A DNA stretch of 64,000 nucleotides, taken from Camelus dromedarius. Taxonomy: Eukaryota. The position numbers and the translations under genes are program-made. Of the stretch, positions 38,601-52,509 are shown in pieces. The notes under the pieces were generated by a model. That model searched no databases. It was not told where the DNA came from and saw only the letters and a list, made by a program, of their open reading frames with translations. The stretch spans positions 36,210,001-36,274,000 of the forward strand of contig NC_087436.1 of assembly GCF_036321535.1 (NCBI RefSeq). Reading direction: 5' to 3'. How positions within the stretch are numbered: position 1 is the stretch's first letter; each line of letters opens with the position of its first letter.

Positions 38601-41600
38601 CTACTTTTTCTTTCTTCAGTAACTTACTTGAAAATATACGTACTGAGAAAAATATAGTAATTTAAGATGAAATTCCTCAATTAAAAAATAGAGAAGAATA
38701 ATATATCCATACGACCTAACTATTCCCTGACTGACGTACATCTAGGTTGTACACAGGTCTTGGTCATTACAAACAGTGCTGTAGTAAACAGCTTTGTACT
38801 TGTCTCCATGTGCATAAAGTTTTTCTCCAGAGTTGTTACCTAGGGATGGATTTGCCGAGCTCCTGCATTTTCAATTTTAAAAGACTGTACGGAGTTGTAG
38901 TTTGACCAATAGTGCTCACACCTTCATAGAGGTACCATTCTTGCCAAAATTTCAGCATCATAAAGCTGGGGATTCTAGTTAGTTGTACAGATGGTGAAAT
39001 TACTTCCTATAAATTGAAAAGATTAAGATAAAATTAGTAATAATGTAGACACAAGTAAAGTTCTACTTCTAATTTTAAAAAACGAATAAATTGAGTAAGT
39101 ATAGCATGGCAGAATCTGGCTTGGAAAAAAGTGACACAAAAAAAGATCACATGAAAGTTAAAAATTCAGTGGCCTAATCCGAGGCCTCTAATCCCCATAT
39201 AAATCTATACCTCTAATTGTCCATGCTCTGAAAATAAAGATCATTTTGTTGGGTATACTGAAAAACATAAATAAAAGATCACATGGTTAGTAGAAACCAA
39301 TAGAGTAAATAATTGCCCAAAAAGCTACCATAACTGGGCTTCATCAATAGATGTTTAGTGAGCAGATGGTAAAACAGTACAATTCCTTTGAACTCTGAAC
39401 AGATCACACATGGAACATTCATATCTTAAGGACACATTGACAAGACAGTTTTCAAGACTGGGCAACACTGGTTACCATAATCGTGTGTTGTGGTAATCAT
39501 GCAAATTCCCATTTTTCATCAGTTTCTTTTATGCAAAGACTGAATAAAAGTTCATTATAGCAAGAAGTTACAGAAACACTCTTCCCTTAGGTCTCCAAAG
39601 AGAGTATCCACTTATTATGGACTCTTTCCCTGTTAGCCTTTCTAGAGACAGAAGAATGGACCACCACAGGGTTCTTCCATCTCTACAGTTCTAAGATTCT
39701 TTATCTTTCCTTGGAAATACCTCTATTTTCCCAGAAATGTTCCCAGACATTAGTAACTTTACCCTGACCACATATGGTCAAAAGCAATGTGTACCAAATT
39801 TAGAAATATTTTAAACTCCAGCCCACCAAAACTAGCTGATTATAGCCAGTGTTTATTTGTGTTCAGAGAAGAGGACTGAATATTTTTCTTCTTTCATCAC
39901 TGAAGGACCATCAGCTTTGTCTGTAGTCCAAGTTTACTATACCTTCAGCCAAAACTATGACTTTCTTTGTAACTCTTCAGCCAATGACCTCAAGCCTGAC
40001 CTACAGCAATCATGCCCCGGGGATGAAAAAGGTCATTTAAACACCTCAGCCCATAGTCATCAGGAGAATACAAAATTTCATCTCAAGTGTTCTTAATGGT
40101 TAAGGTCTTCTCTACAAAAGTAATACAGAAAGAATGAATAGTGATTGAAAAAAAAAAAAGCTGGAACCACAGTTAAGTAGAACTTTGAAAATTTCAAATG
40201 TTTTCTCAATATTCCTTCTATGACAGGAAAATGCATTAAATTAATATAAACTGTCCAAAACAATATGCTGTCTAAAAAGCTAACGTTTTGACCAGTAGTT
40301 TACTAATAGGAATAATGACATAGTAAAGATTCTATTTAAAAACCATTGCAATTCAAATAGGCTGAGATAAAGTTAATGTTTTCACTACCCTTGTAAAAGG
40401 CTAGACCAGTTAGGAAAAACATTATTATAAAGACAACTATTTTAAAACTTTAGCATTTTATATATATGTACAACAGCAAAAGACTACTAATTTCCAGTTT
40501 TTCCTGTTTATTATGGAGCATCTGGACATCTTGCTATCTTGCATGTCTATTTTGAAAAACAATTTGAGGTGACTTGCCTATTAAAAGACAGAAGAGCTTA
40601 ACATGATAGAAATGAGCAGCACATGTCACTTAAAAGGCAGAATTAATTGTACCAGGAGCTGGATCTTTACATTAATTGATCACTGAACTTAGCTCTAATC
40701 TTCCTGGCAGACAAGGCAATAAGGGAAATAAGATGTGTTCTAAAATGTGGGCTGTTTGATAAAAGCTCACTGAAGAGTAAACTTTCCTGGCATCAATTCT
40801 CTCGGAAGCTTGTCAAGTGGCTCTTTATAAGAGAAGCAGTGAGTAACATAAGGGCCAATATCTTGAACTGTAATTTTGCCAAAGATTAAGAAAATGTTCT
40901 TTAGATTGCCTTAGGAAAGCTGAGTTCAACATTCAATTATAACTATGTGAAAGCATTTCTGTAAGGGACTTAAAAAATATATTTCAGGAACATTATATTC
41001 TGTTGATCTAATTTAAGACAGGAACAGATTTTAGATACTTTAAAAGAGTGGTTGATTACTATACCCTTAGATCTTCTCTCTAAAATGTCAGTTATCCCTT
41101 GCCCAGTTATATACTTTTAATCATTATTATTATTTCTTACAACTATAAAATGTTCATGAAGATAAGCACAAAGAAGAAAGTACTTCTGTAATATCCCCAG
41201 TCAGCAATTATCATTGGTAACATTTTCTGATATATCCTTCATAGATGATGGATAAGGATAGAGATATATAGATAGATGTTTTTGCTTTGTTTAGTTTTTA
41301 CCAAATTGGGTCACACTGGACATACTTTTATAACATTATTTTCCATTAGCCAGTATATTATGAACATTACTACGTGTCATTAAGTATTTTTCTATGACTT
41401 TATTCTTAATGCCATCATATTACTCCATTGCATAGATACACCATAATTTATTTAATCCACTGCCTGTGGACATTTAGGTAGTTCTCACTGTTTAAATTAT
41501 ATCTCACTGTATAATTCTAATTACTTTCTTAGGACTAATTCTTTGCCCTTAGGTCCTTTTGATTTCCTTTTCACTTGTAAGTATTTGTGTAATGTCTATT

Positions 41601-43989
41601 CACTCACTGATGGAATGTAATTTCCAGCCCTTGATATAGAAGACACTCAATAAATACTTTTGAATAAATAAATGAATGTTTTAAGACTTAAGGGTACATT
41701 TTATCAAGTTCATTTGAAAAAGTTGTGTCAATTTATACTTTTCCTGAAAGTGTGGTGAGAGTCCCTCTTTTTCCACATTCACTTTGGGTGTCCTCTTGGG
41801 CATCTTGGGAATCACTTTGCTGTGCAAAAAAGGTCAGTTTATGATTGGTTTAATTTCTATTTTTTCAGTTTTTCCTAAGTTGGGAAGTGCTCGTAAACAG
41901 TCATTTCAATGTTATCTAGAAAGTGCCTAAAATGCCAACACTCAAAGCAAGATTCTCTGGTCTAAGCTTCTGGATTCACAGATAACAACTTCAGGCTATA
42001 AACATTCAGAATTCTGATTTTTAGTATGGAAAGGAAAGATTTTCATCTCTGGATAGAGGTGGACCATAGGGGTTCCTATGAGATGGACATTTAGGGGGAC
42101 AGGAAAATCCAGCCAGGTACCCATACATTTTAATGGTTCTGCTTATCACGCTTTCCATACAAAATGTATTTTTAAAGGAACAAAGTGTAAAATATACATC
42201 GACCATTTTTATTGGTCAATTATTATAAGTGCTTAATTTAAATTTATTTTTCTTCTTAATGTGTTTATTTCTCTCCCCCACTTCCTGATCCACTTAGAAT
42301 AAATCCCACTGTGCTATCATATCCAGCTCACTGGTATTAAGTGCTGTGAATGACATCAGTGTGTAGGCTGCAAAAAATATCTAACTTCTGAGAGGAGTTA
42401 GTCACGCAATTTGTGTGGCCCTATCTTCCCTTAAAGTCATCACATTAAGAAAAAAAAAACTATTATCACTCATTCTGAGCAAAATTATACGAATTTCTTC
42501 ATTTTTCAGTTACTGAGGGGTGTCAATTCTCTTGAGAGTCTACAATCTAATTCACACCCACAAATCACAGGTCATGGCTTCTGAGGGGTGATGACATCAG
42601 CGCCTAGGGTCAGGCCATTCTGATGTTTCCAGAAGATGTTCTTGTATGATGGTAAAACATTCAACAAGTAAATGTAAGCTGATACTTCAAGACAGCTGCT
42701 TGCAAGTGTAATTTCAACATCATTGTTCACACAATGTAAAATGAAAAGGGAGGATACTAGCAATTTAGAGAACTGAAACTGAACTCTGTAAGAGTCAAAG
42801 AAAAAAGAAAGACCATGTATTCAAGGCATTGATATTATATAGTTGAGATAGGATGTGTCAGTAAAACCTGTTACTACCCAAACCTCAAATAGACCCCGTC
42901 TTCTCAGGAAATTCTAGCATATTGCCTTGGTCCCTTAACTCTTTCCACCTCTGAGACCATTTTCGCACTTCTTTTATCTTAAACTTCCAACAACCCTCAC
43001 TCTCAGTTGGCACCTCATTTTGCTTCTTATTTTGCTGAAGGTAATGGAATCAGTCAGAATAGACTCTCCTCAGCTTCCCACCATCAGACAGACAACCAGC
43101 TTGCATCTGCTCCCACACACCTTACGTGGCCCTGCCCTGCCCCCTGCTCACCCCACCTGAGCGCTGGGTCACATTTCCTCTCCCTTGCTGAAGGGCTTTT
43201 CTCCAGCAGCAGCTTTGCTCCTTTCTAGTAGATCATTCCCATCAGCAGAAAAATATGTAGCTGTTTTCCTATCTTCAAAAAAGCCCCTCCCTTCCCTTGG
43301 CCCCACAGCCCTTTCCAGGTACCACCCCATTTTCTGCTTTCCTCTACAGCAGAATTCCTCAAGGGTTGTCTAATTGTTGTCTCTACTACTTCCACCCACT
43401 TGTTTCTCTGTTTTAAGCCTTTGCTTTCATTTACTTCTTATGCCGTTGTATGACAACAAAAGTAATGAATACAAAAAAGACATCACCCACAGTCCACTAG
43501 CCTAAGACATTGGTTCCTCTTGTTTTATTTGTGCTCCCTTCTTATGTTTGCTCACTGGTGTCTGCCCTTTTTTGCACTGTTGCAATCAGAGACTAGGAAT
43601 ATTTTTCTATGCTACTCTCCTTGCTTAACATTTTAATTTCCTCTCTTGCTCCATAATTCAAAGAACTCGTATTTTAAGAATTAAATTTCATCTAGTTGAT
43701 ATGTGTATAATTCATTTCACCATCCACTATTTTCCTCAAAGCCTAAAACTCACTTTCCGCCTTCCCCAAATCTCTTATACAGATGAAGGAGAGGGGGTTA
43801 CGGGCAGGTGTGCCCATTAGTAAGTCCTGCAGGGATATTCTGGCAGCTTGACCACCTGATAGTTCTCTTATGGGAGAACATTTAGTCTCCCCCTCTCCCC
43901 AGCTTTGGGTCTAGCACAAAGTCCACAACTTCTGGGTAACAGGAAAAGTCCTATCCATAGTCGGTTACAGTCATGTACCTTTCCTTTCT

Positions 43990-44422
43990 TCAAAGTTTTC
44001 TTTAGGTGCAGTTCTTGTAAACAGTATGTGGGGTAGGTATCTTGTTTACTTGCTTCTCTGGATCCACTGCTCACCCTCCTGACCCTGCAAAGTGGCTGCC
44101 CTCTATGGACCACACCACCTTCTCTTGCTCTCTGGCTAAATCTAGAGGAGACTGAAGTCAGTTCTTGGCTTCTTTCCTGTGATGTCACGTCTGTGACTTT
44201 CAGCTGAAGGTGCCCTACTCCTCATGATTCTTTCTTTCCAGGTTTTGGTAACCGTGTCCTCCCCTTGTCCCTTTGGGCTTAGGAGTGGCAACAGCCCTGC
44301 TGGTGTTCACCCAGTGGAACACTATGCCTTGTGGTTCTTGCACTCCCCACTCACACCTTCCTAAGTAAACCTCAAATTATCCCATTTCGAACATGTCATC
44401 TTACTGAGGCACTGCCTGATAC
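43990..44422 (+). mobile_element. ERVL LTR33-like element
   Basis: CCTCCCCTTGTCCCTTTGGGCTTAGGAGTGG...CACTCACACCTT...CAAATTATCCCATTTCGA. Confidence 0.55.
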
Positions 44423-46164
44423 TGGCTCTAATTGAATCTGATTTTCAAATTCAGGCTGCGAGTTTTTGCCTTTTGATAGGAGAATTTCACATTAGTAGTG
44501 AAAATGTATACACTTTAATTTTATTTCTTCCATGTTATTGTACACTTTTATACATTATTTTCCCTTCTCTCTTTTCCTTACTCTTACTAGATTGTTTTTC
44601 TCTTTTCCTCCTCTATTCACAAATTGGAATTTCTACTATGCATCTCCATTCTGCTACTCCTAACTTTCCTAACTTTAATAGTCATATTTCTATTTCTATG
44701 GAAAATTAAACAATGTCCTCCAACTTATTCATTCCTTACCAGACACATATTTTTCAATTTTACTAATAGTTGTCTTCCTAGCTGTCATAATCAAATCCTC
44801 CACTGATAGACCAAAAAGTAAGTAACAGCTTTGCCGTCCTTCAACGCTTCTGCACTCCTTCCACTAAATGACACCTTCAGAACATTTAACTGCCATCTCC
44901 TCCCTTTTGCCCGAATCTTGAGTTTGTATAAGATAACTATAGAATTTCAAACCCAGACAATTATCTGAAAAACAATTAGTTTTCCCTCACAGAATCTCTC
45001 TCCTCTTTCAAAATTCTTAAGACTATAATCTCCAGTTAACTGTCATCATCCATTTAGATTTAATTGTTAATGTTATGAGACTCATTGTTCATCAGTGTTT
45101 CTTGAACTTTTCATCTTCCCCATCATGAAACTTGATTTTCATGTGGTTAGAGGATTTTCTCAGAAAGGTACGTGGGTACCATATTTTCAGAGCCCTCGTA
45201 ACATGCCAAAGCGTCTTTACTTTGCTCTCATGTGTGGATGAGAACTTCCCTTGATAGAGGGCTATTACCAGTGGTCTGTAAATGTAAATGCAAATTGTCT
45301 GATTCAAGGTTTCAGACAAGAAGTCTATTACTAGTCTAGTTATCTTTCCTTCATCAGTTGTCTTTGAAAGTTCTGATCTTTGTTTAGAAGCTTGTAAGAT
45401 TTTCTACTATGATGCCAAATGGTGATTTCTTAAATCCATCATTCCTTCCACATTTATTAGTGAGCATTATGTATACAGAATTGTATACTGTAAGGAAAAG
45501 CTTTTCCTTTTCATTCATTCATTCACTTATGTATATTAGTATAAACTCATGGATGCTTATTTTATTCAGTAGGCAATATTTGTTTCTATCATTGTTTACT
45601 GATGATCAAATTATCCCAGATTTGGCTAGTGGGAGCCCCTTCCAGCTGGCTTTCACGCTTTTTTGACATTTTCCCATCATTCTTTGAACACTTCTTTACT
45701 TTCTGGCACATACATGAAAATGTTCTAGGCTTATCTTAGACTTTTCCAGCCCCAGCCCTGGAATCAAGCATTTCTTCAAAGAGCTCTGGTTTTTGTTGTT
45801 GTTGTTGTCTGTTTTTCTTTTGTTATTTTTTGCAGAGAATGGTATTGAGAAAGATCTGAACAGTAGGTGTGGTCAATGTTACTGCAATGACATTTCCTCG
45901 GTTATAAAATGGGATTCTGTCTTACAAGGTTGTTGTGAGGATTAAATGAGTTAGTATATATAAAGTGCATATAATAAGCACTCAGTAAATGTTAATATGA
46001 TTATCAACTATAAATAATTCAGAGATGACTTACTGATAATAAATTATCAAATTAAAAGACCAAAAAGTGAAAACACTCTGAATATTTATAAACAGACAAA
46101 AATACTTTAAAAAGAAGTTTGCAAATGTTTCTTTGACCCAAATATCTGAAACCAAGAGGAATGA

Positions 46165-47341
46165 TGTGGCCGAAACTTAGTTTACTCTGGTAAGTCTCTG
46201 GAACACCCTGGAGAGTTGTACATTTTACTTACGTTACTAGGCCTGTTTTCAACTGTGCTAAAGGAGGTAGGGAACTAGGGAAGCAAAACTCGGACCCACT
46301 GTCTAGAGAATCCTTTAAAAGGTTAAATGTAGCCTATGCCTTAGGAGATACTTCTGCTTGAATAATGGAGAAAAAATTATCCTAAGGGAACAGAAGGTCC
46401 CATATGCTTAATCTTGTTTCTGCAAAGTGCTTGCTCCACCAATGGAGGAGAAGGAAATGGAAGAATGAGTGAAGGAATGAGCGTGAAAAGGGCAGCCAAT
46501 GAGAAGACGACAAGAAGCCACAAAGAGGACCAGATAAAAGGACCCAGCTGAGACCCCAAGAGCGGGAGTTCTTACATCAAGCCACCTGGGCTTACAGCGC
46601 CCCTGCTCCAGCGCCCTTCTACCTTCTCCCTTGGTGGTAAATAAAGCAGCTTTCATTCTGTCCCTCTGCCTCAGCTGTGACTTTGTTAGAGCAGGGAGAC
46701 AGCTAGATATGAGCAGAGAAAGGGGGACACAGACCAAATGGCAGGAGTTGGGCAGAAAGGAGGGGCACAGGCCAAATGCAGGAAACCACACATCATGTAA
46801 GCAGCAGGGATCTTTGGGCAGAGAAAGAAAAGCAGGAACCTTGGGGCTGATGAGGGATCATGCCTTTTGGGATGACAAGTGGCCTGGAGAAGAACAAAGA
46901 AAGGTCAGAAAAGGCAGGAATTTCTAGTGTCCGAATGTAACCTTTTGCTCATTATGCCCTCATTTCAATAAAATTAGCCTTGCAGATCAGAAGTACCCAT
47001 CATGCACCGACGCCATGACACTTCCGATCCAGACTGAATAAGGACAAAAATCCCTCCTCCCTTCGGGAAGGTGGAATTGGGATGATAATCAGGGAATATG
47101 ACCCCAAACCCTTCCCTCCCCAGTGAATATTCCGTCCATTCATTTTTACACCCTATGTAGCTAACTTGCTAAAGAAACTCAGGGCAGCCACTCACCTGAG
47201 CCTGCCCGCTCTCCCCTGAGAGTGTACTATCCATCCTTTAATAAATTTTCACTTTACCTTTTTTAACCTCTAAGTCTTGTCTCTGAATTCTTTCTGGGAC
47301 GGGACAAGAACCTGGAACACCGGTTGCATCTATCGGCAACA
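46165..47341 (+). mobile_element. ERV LTR sequence (one long LTR or two adjacent/nested LTRs)
   Basis: Imperfect inverted termini TGTGGCCGA...TCGGCAACA. Two AATAAA + U5-like ends (~46640 and ~47240). Ends like the LTR at 2842-3437. Confidence 0.6.
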
Positions 47342-47424
47342 ACTTCTTCCCAGCCTGCAGGCAAGAACCCCCTTTTGTGGGATCCCCAGTCTAAGGGGAG
47401 TCTCCCATCCGCTATCAATGCCAT

Positions 47425-47888
47425 TGTTGAAGAGGGGAAATTTTACTCCTACCTTGCCGGGTTCTTTTGACAGGTCTAATAACTAAATTGACACAAGACA
47501 GATTAACAGGAGAAAATCAAATTAAATTTTGTATGCATGGAGCTCTCATAGATATGGAACCTAAAGAAATGACCAAAGCAGACTGCTTTTATACTTTTTA
47601 GACAAAAAAATAAATTTGTAAATTTGTGAAGAACTGACAAGACACAGAAGTTTGGGCTCAGAGTAGTAAAGTAGCAAAGTAACCAGCCTTCCAAGTGCCG
47701 ACTTCACTGTCTCTGGTGCTAAGAAGGCCCGCGACCTCCCAGTGCAGGGAGGGCACCTTTCACGTGGGGATTTATTTCCTACTTTCAGGGAGACAAGAGA
47801 GGGTCAGAGTGTCCTTGCATCGGCTGTTTCTTAGGTAACTAAAGTTATTCAAAATAATCCAAATGCCGCTTTTGCCCTGACCTGAACA
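47425..47888 (-). mobile_element. ERV1-type solo LTR
   Basis: TG...CA ends. Shares TGACACAAGACAGATTAACAGGAGAAAA with 49.8 kb and 58.1 kb, and CACGTGGGGATTTATTTCCT...GGTCAGAG with 58.4 kb. Confidence 0.7.
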
Positions 47889-49537
47889 CTACTAATTCCA
47901 GTTTTAAAACCCAGAACAGCATTCCCTCTTCTTCTGTGTTTCCTACAATGCAGAAAATGAGTATTTTCCTCTTACTGGCTCCTTATTACTCTATCTAGTT
48001 CTCAGACATATTCTGAACCAAAATCTAATGTCTTAAATTCTTCTCTAGGAGTAGACATTTGGGATGTCTGTGGGTGTATCTGGATGGAGGCCAAATATTC
48101 CTCGTTGCCTATTTTAAATATCTTGTGCAAATTTAAAGTCATTTCTCTTCCTATTCTTTCCCGTTGTATTCTCTTCTCCAGGGCCCAGATCCTACAAGTC
48201 TGGACATGCCCTTCGAAGGGCAGCCCCAGGCCAGGGGAAGAGATCCAGGGATTCCCCCACCGAGCCTGAAACTGAAACCTCTGAAAACGCATCTTGATTT
48301 CTTTCCACATTTCTTTCCCATTTGCCTTTCTGGCACACTGCCTCTTCTTTAGCAAACTTCTTATCCTTCCAGTGCCTCCAAGCCGGGCCACATGTTTCCG
48401 TGACTCTGGTGTGGGGGTTGGTTCCCCCACGGCTGTGGCAAGGTTATGCCCTCTCTTCTGAAACCCTCTTGGTTTCAAAGGCTCTATTATTGAGTCGGAG
48501 GCATTCATGGCCTCGGGCAGGATTAGCATTATTAAGGCAGGAACGCAAAAACAAAGAAACAATTCTAGTTCAGCTTTTGTGTTTCAAGAACAGACTTTTG
48601 AAACCCAGGGCTGAAACAATGGTTATGAAAGAAAAAAAAAAAAAATCAGGGCTTTTTGAGGGAGAAAGGGATTTTTTTTTTTAGTTCCAAAAGGGAATAG
48701 CTTAAAGTCTCAATAGAAAAATCCCCCAGTGAAGTTTAACAGAATAAATACCTCATAAAGAAAGTAGATGAAGAACCTAGCTGGCCACACACTAAAGGAG
48801 TGTTGCCCCAGCGGCGGGGAGGAGAGCGGCGCCGAGGTCGTGGCTGCCTGAGGGTCAGATAAGGCGCATGTCCCGCTTCCTCACGGGTTGAAACCCTGGA
48901 GGGTAGCTGAAGAGAATCTACTGAAAAGTTTTCACAGTGCCAAGACTTGGGAGCCTCCTGTCCTGAGACGTAGCTCCGGGATGGCTCTGAGCCTCATAAG
49001 ACCCGCACAGAGCCTGCTGCAGCCTCACTTACCCGTTCAGCCAGGAAGGTTCAGAGTGCAGTCAGCGCTTTCCGGCTCTGGGAGAGACGAGAGGGTTCTG
49101 CGAGAGAAAAACAGAAGGGCTGGAGCACTCTCAAGGCTGGGGTGCCAGGGGCTATAGCACTGGCTACGTCTGGGGTCAGATGCGTTCTCAGTTAGGTCTC
49201 AGTTGATGATGGCCGCCTGAGGACCAAATGCGGTGGCATATCTGTGTGCTATTGGTGTCACTGAGTGCTGATAAATGGAGACCGCTGGATGACAGATGGT
49301 GAAGACCAAGTATCCTGGGCACTGGCCCAAGTGCCTGGACACCTTGGAAGCTCCCTCCGGTATACCATGTTGGTCCCACCCCATCCCCTTTATTTGCCGA
49401 TGACACCACCCTCAGTTGTTATGAATGTTGGCTGTGAATCCACCCTTCTCCAGAGAATTGCCCTCACCAGGGAACTGCTCAAAACTACCTGGGAACCAAC
49501 GACTGACTGACAAAGACTTGTCCCTCTTGCCTAGGGA

Positions 49538-50270
49538 TGGAACCGAGCAAGTGAGCTCACTGTACACTGTGACACAGAACAACCAAATACTGAAGCAATG
49601 GTCCTTAGCAGACAGAAAAGGCTTGACTGCAGTGTAGTCAAGCAAGGAGAAAGGAGGCAAAGCTCAGATCTGTCTCCCCCATCTGGAGCTCAGTCAAGCT
49701 TTTAAGAGTTAGGGGAGGGTGGGTTGGTATGCGGAAGCACTGGTAGGGCAGGTTTCAATTTCCTCTATCCTCTTATGTTCAGTGACAGATGCCTGTGAAT
49801 TAAACTGACAACAGACAGATTAACAGGAGAAAAGGCATACAAGTTTATTAATTTTTAATTTTACATGCATGGGAGTGTCACAGAAAGAACTGAATACACA
49901 CAAAAAAGATACGATTTGAGAGCTTATATACCATGTTACTCAGGTCTGAGAAGGGGCACAGGGGCACTTCTGGAGAACAAATAACTCCTTAGAAGAGGGG
50001 GCAGAAAAAGCTTACGGCAACACAAATGACTTATTCAAAAGATAAATGAGGCCTTAGAAGAAAAGATGGGAGATATGATGGTTTGTGACAATGTCTGCCT
50101 GGGTGTGGTGTTAACTCCTTGACTTCTTTTTATAAAACGATTAGAGTTGCTCCTGGGGAGGGGATTTATGACAATTGAGTTCTTTGGGGAGGCTCTGCTT
50201 TTAGGCAGACAAGGGATTTGAGAAACTCAAATGCCTTTAGCTCAAAATAATTCTTATGCCAAAAGGTAAA
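49538..50270 (-). mobile_element. ERV1-type LTR (possibly composite)
   Basis: ACTGACAACAGACAGATTAACAGGAGAAAAGGCATACAAGTTTATT (AATAAA on minus strand); ends CTCAAAATAATTCTTATGCCAAA. Confidence 0.65.
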
Positions 50271-51675
50271 AACTAAGTTTAATTATGGAAAAATGTAGAC
50301 TGTTCCATTTCTTCACACCAGAGGTTATGGCCTATGATGCATGGGACCTGCTGGACCTGGAAGGCCCTGACTTTTCATCCTCACCTCTCAGAACCCTCTC
50401 ATCCTTCACAGTCCAGATCAGCTTCCCCTTCCTCCCAGCATCCATTTTACTGGCACTGTTTTTAGTGTCAAATGAAAATACAAAGACCAGGGGAGCTGGC
50501 AAAAAAAAAAAAAACAAAACAAAAAACACAAAAAACCCCCCAAAAACAAAAAACAAACTGAGTGTACTCCATGCCAGGTGAGGAAGAGCTGTGTCACTCA
50601 AGACATGACCTCAGCAGGTCTCTATGAGCAGGAATTTAGGATAAGAGCCAGATACAGGGCATGATGGAGGACATTCACCAAATGAAGCCAGAGTTTGGGT
50701 TCCAGTCTCCAGTTGGCTCACAAGGCAGGGTGTAAACTCTTCCTTCCAGCTGGTCATCACACTGGATGGGAGGGTCGGGGGGCCAGTTCTCAGAGCTCTC
50801 CCAGCGATCACAGCTCACAGAGAGGTCCAGGACGGAGTGCATAGGGCTGTCTCGCCTGCACAGGGTTGTGTGCTAGCCAGACCAGTTGGACAAAATGTTT
50901 CCTTTCATCATAGTCAGTAGTGCTCATGATTGCCTTCTTCACCAAACTGGAGGCTTGTCAGGATGAGCCCCAGCTTCTCACACAATTTTGCGTCCCCCTA
51001 TAGAGCTTAGCACAGTGGTCTGTTCACAGTAAGCTTCGTCAGAGCTGTTCAGCTGTTTCTTGCATGACACAGACTCAACAGTGGCGGCCACGCAGCTCCA
51101 GCAGGTCACTGTGAATCGAGGCCTCTGTTCTCTTCGACCAGAGGAAGGCTCACTTGGCTTTTCCTATTAGCTAATGAACCCTGAAGAAATGATCAGTGTT
51201 ACACTGCCCAAAACACAGAGTCTGGCCCAAGGAGTAACTTCCAGTGCAGTGAAAAAAGGGGACGATAGCAACCAGACCTTGCAGAGCAAGGCAAGGGCCC
51301 CCAGTACTGCAGGGCAAGGACGGACGCTCTCGCTGCCTCCCCATCACTAGTTTGGCATCACTGGCTCCTGATCCCTAGGGAGGCTGAGGTCATTAGCAGT
51401 CACTGACTATTGCAATGGGCAGGAATTTTAGGAATTTTAGCAATGGCAGCAGTGGGGAATGCGTGGGTAACTGACCTTTTATGAAATCTCTCTAGATACT
51501 GGTGAACTGACAGACATGAGCACAAACTGGCCAGCAAGCTATCGGTTAGCTCTTCAGATCATCAATATACATTTTAGCCCTTTGGGATAGAAATCTTTTT
51601 AAAATATATAAAACACTTTCTGCCCTTTTTAAAGAAAGTATGCCAAACATATCTAGTTGTCTTTTTTCTCTTTAA

Positions 51676-51752
51676 TGGCGGTACTGGGGATCGAACCCAG
51701 GACCTCGTGCGTGCTAAGCATGCGCTCTACCACTGAGATATACCCTTCTCCC
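51676..51752 (-). mobile_element. tRNA-Ala(AGC)-derived SINE (camelid vic-1 type)
   Basis: Minus strand GGGTATATCTCAGTGGTAGAGCGCATGCTTAGCACGCACGAGGTCCTGGGTTCGATCCCCAGTACCGCCA with A and B boxes, followed by an A-rich tail. Confidence 0.85.
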
Positions 51753-52224
51753 AGTTTTTTTTTTTAGTTGCTCAAGACCACCATTATCTGGGCAGACTGA
51801 ACACTAGATTGGCCTGTGGAGTGCTATTATTTGCACGTGTGGTTTTTGTTTGCATCTATGTTTGTTTGCTTTTTAAGCTTCCCTTTCAGGCTCCTCTTGT
51901 ACTCATATGTCAGCCACTGCTTTGTACAGTTCCCAGAGTGCTCACTTGTAACAAGCCTCTCTCTGTTTGGCTTTAAATCTCCTGAGAATCGGGGCATGAA
52001 ATGACTGTTAAAATCCAGAACAAGGATTGCCAAGAGTTGGCATGAGAGCCCCTCTTCCCTACCTGCATCCAATCAATCACAACCCATCAATCACTAAAAC
52101 CCTGGATGTGGTCTTAGAATCTTTCACCAAAGATGCTCCTACCAATTGATAGGATTGGCTGAAACCTATCTGCCTGGTACCAGCATGGTGGTACCAGTCA
52201 GGTTCTGCAAGAGATAAATGGCAA

Positions 52225-52505
52225 TAGATGAACAGTAAGGTCCTACTGTGTAGCATAGGGAACTATATTCAATATCTTGTAGTAACCTATAATGAAAAAG
52301 AATATGAAAAGGAATATATGCATGTATATATATGACTGAAACATTATGCTGTACACCAGAAATTGACACAATGTTGTAAACTGACTATACTTCAATTAAA
52401 ATAAATATGAAAAAGAATATATATATGTACAAATGAATCGCTATGCTGTACACCAGAAATTATCACAACATTGTAAATCGACTATACTTCAATAATAAAA
52501 AAAAG
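52225..52505 (+). mobile_element. Lineage-specific L1 3' tail with doubled terminal ~100 bp, inserted in an LTR33-like element
   Basis: Two consecutive AATATGAAAA..GAATATAT...TGCTGTACACCAGAAATT...GACTATACTTCAAT units. Confidence 0.85.
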
Positions 52506-52509
52506 AAAG

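Noticed and set aside
48002..48562. 186-aa minus-strand ORF between LTRs, as possible retroviral protein
   Set aside because: No gag, pol or env motifs recognised.
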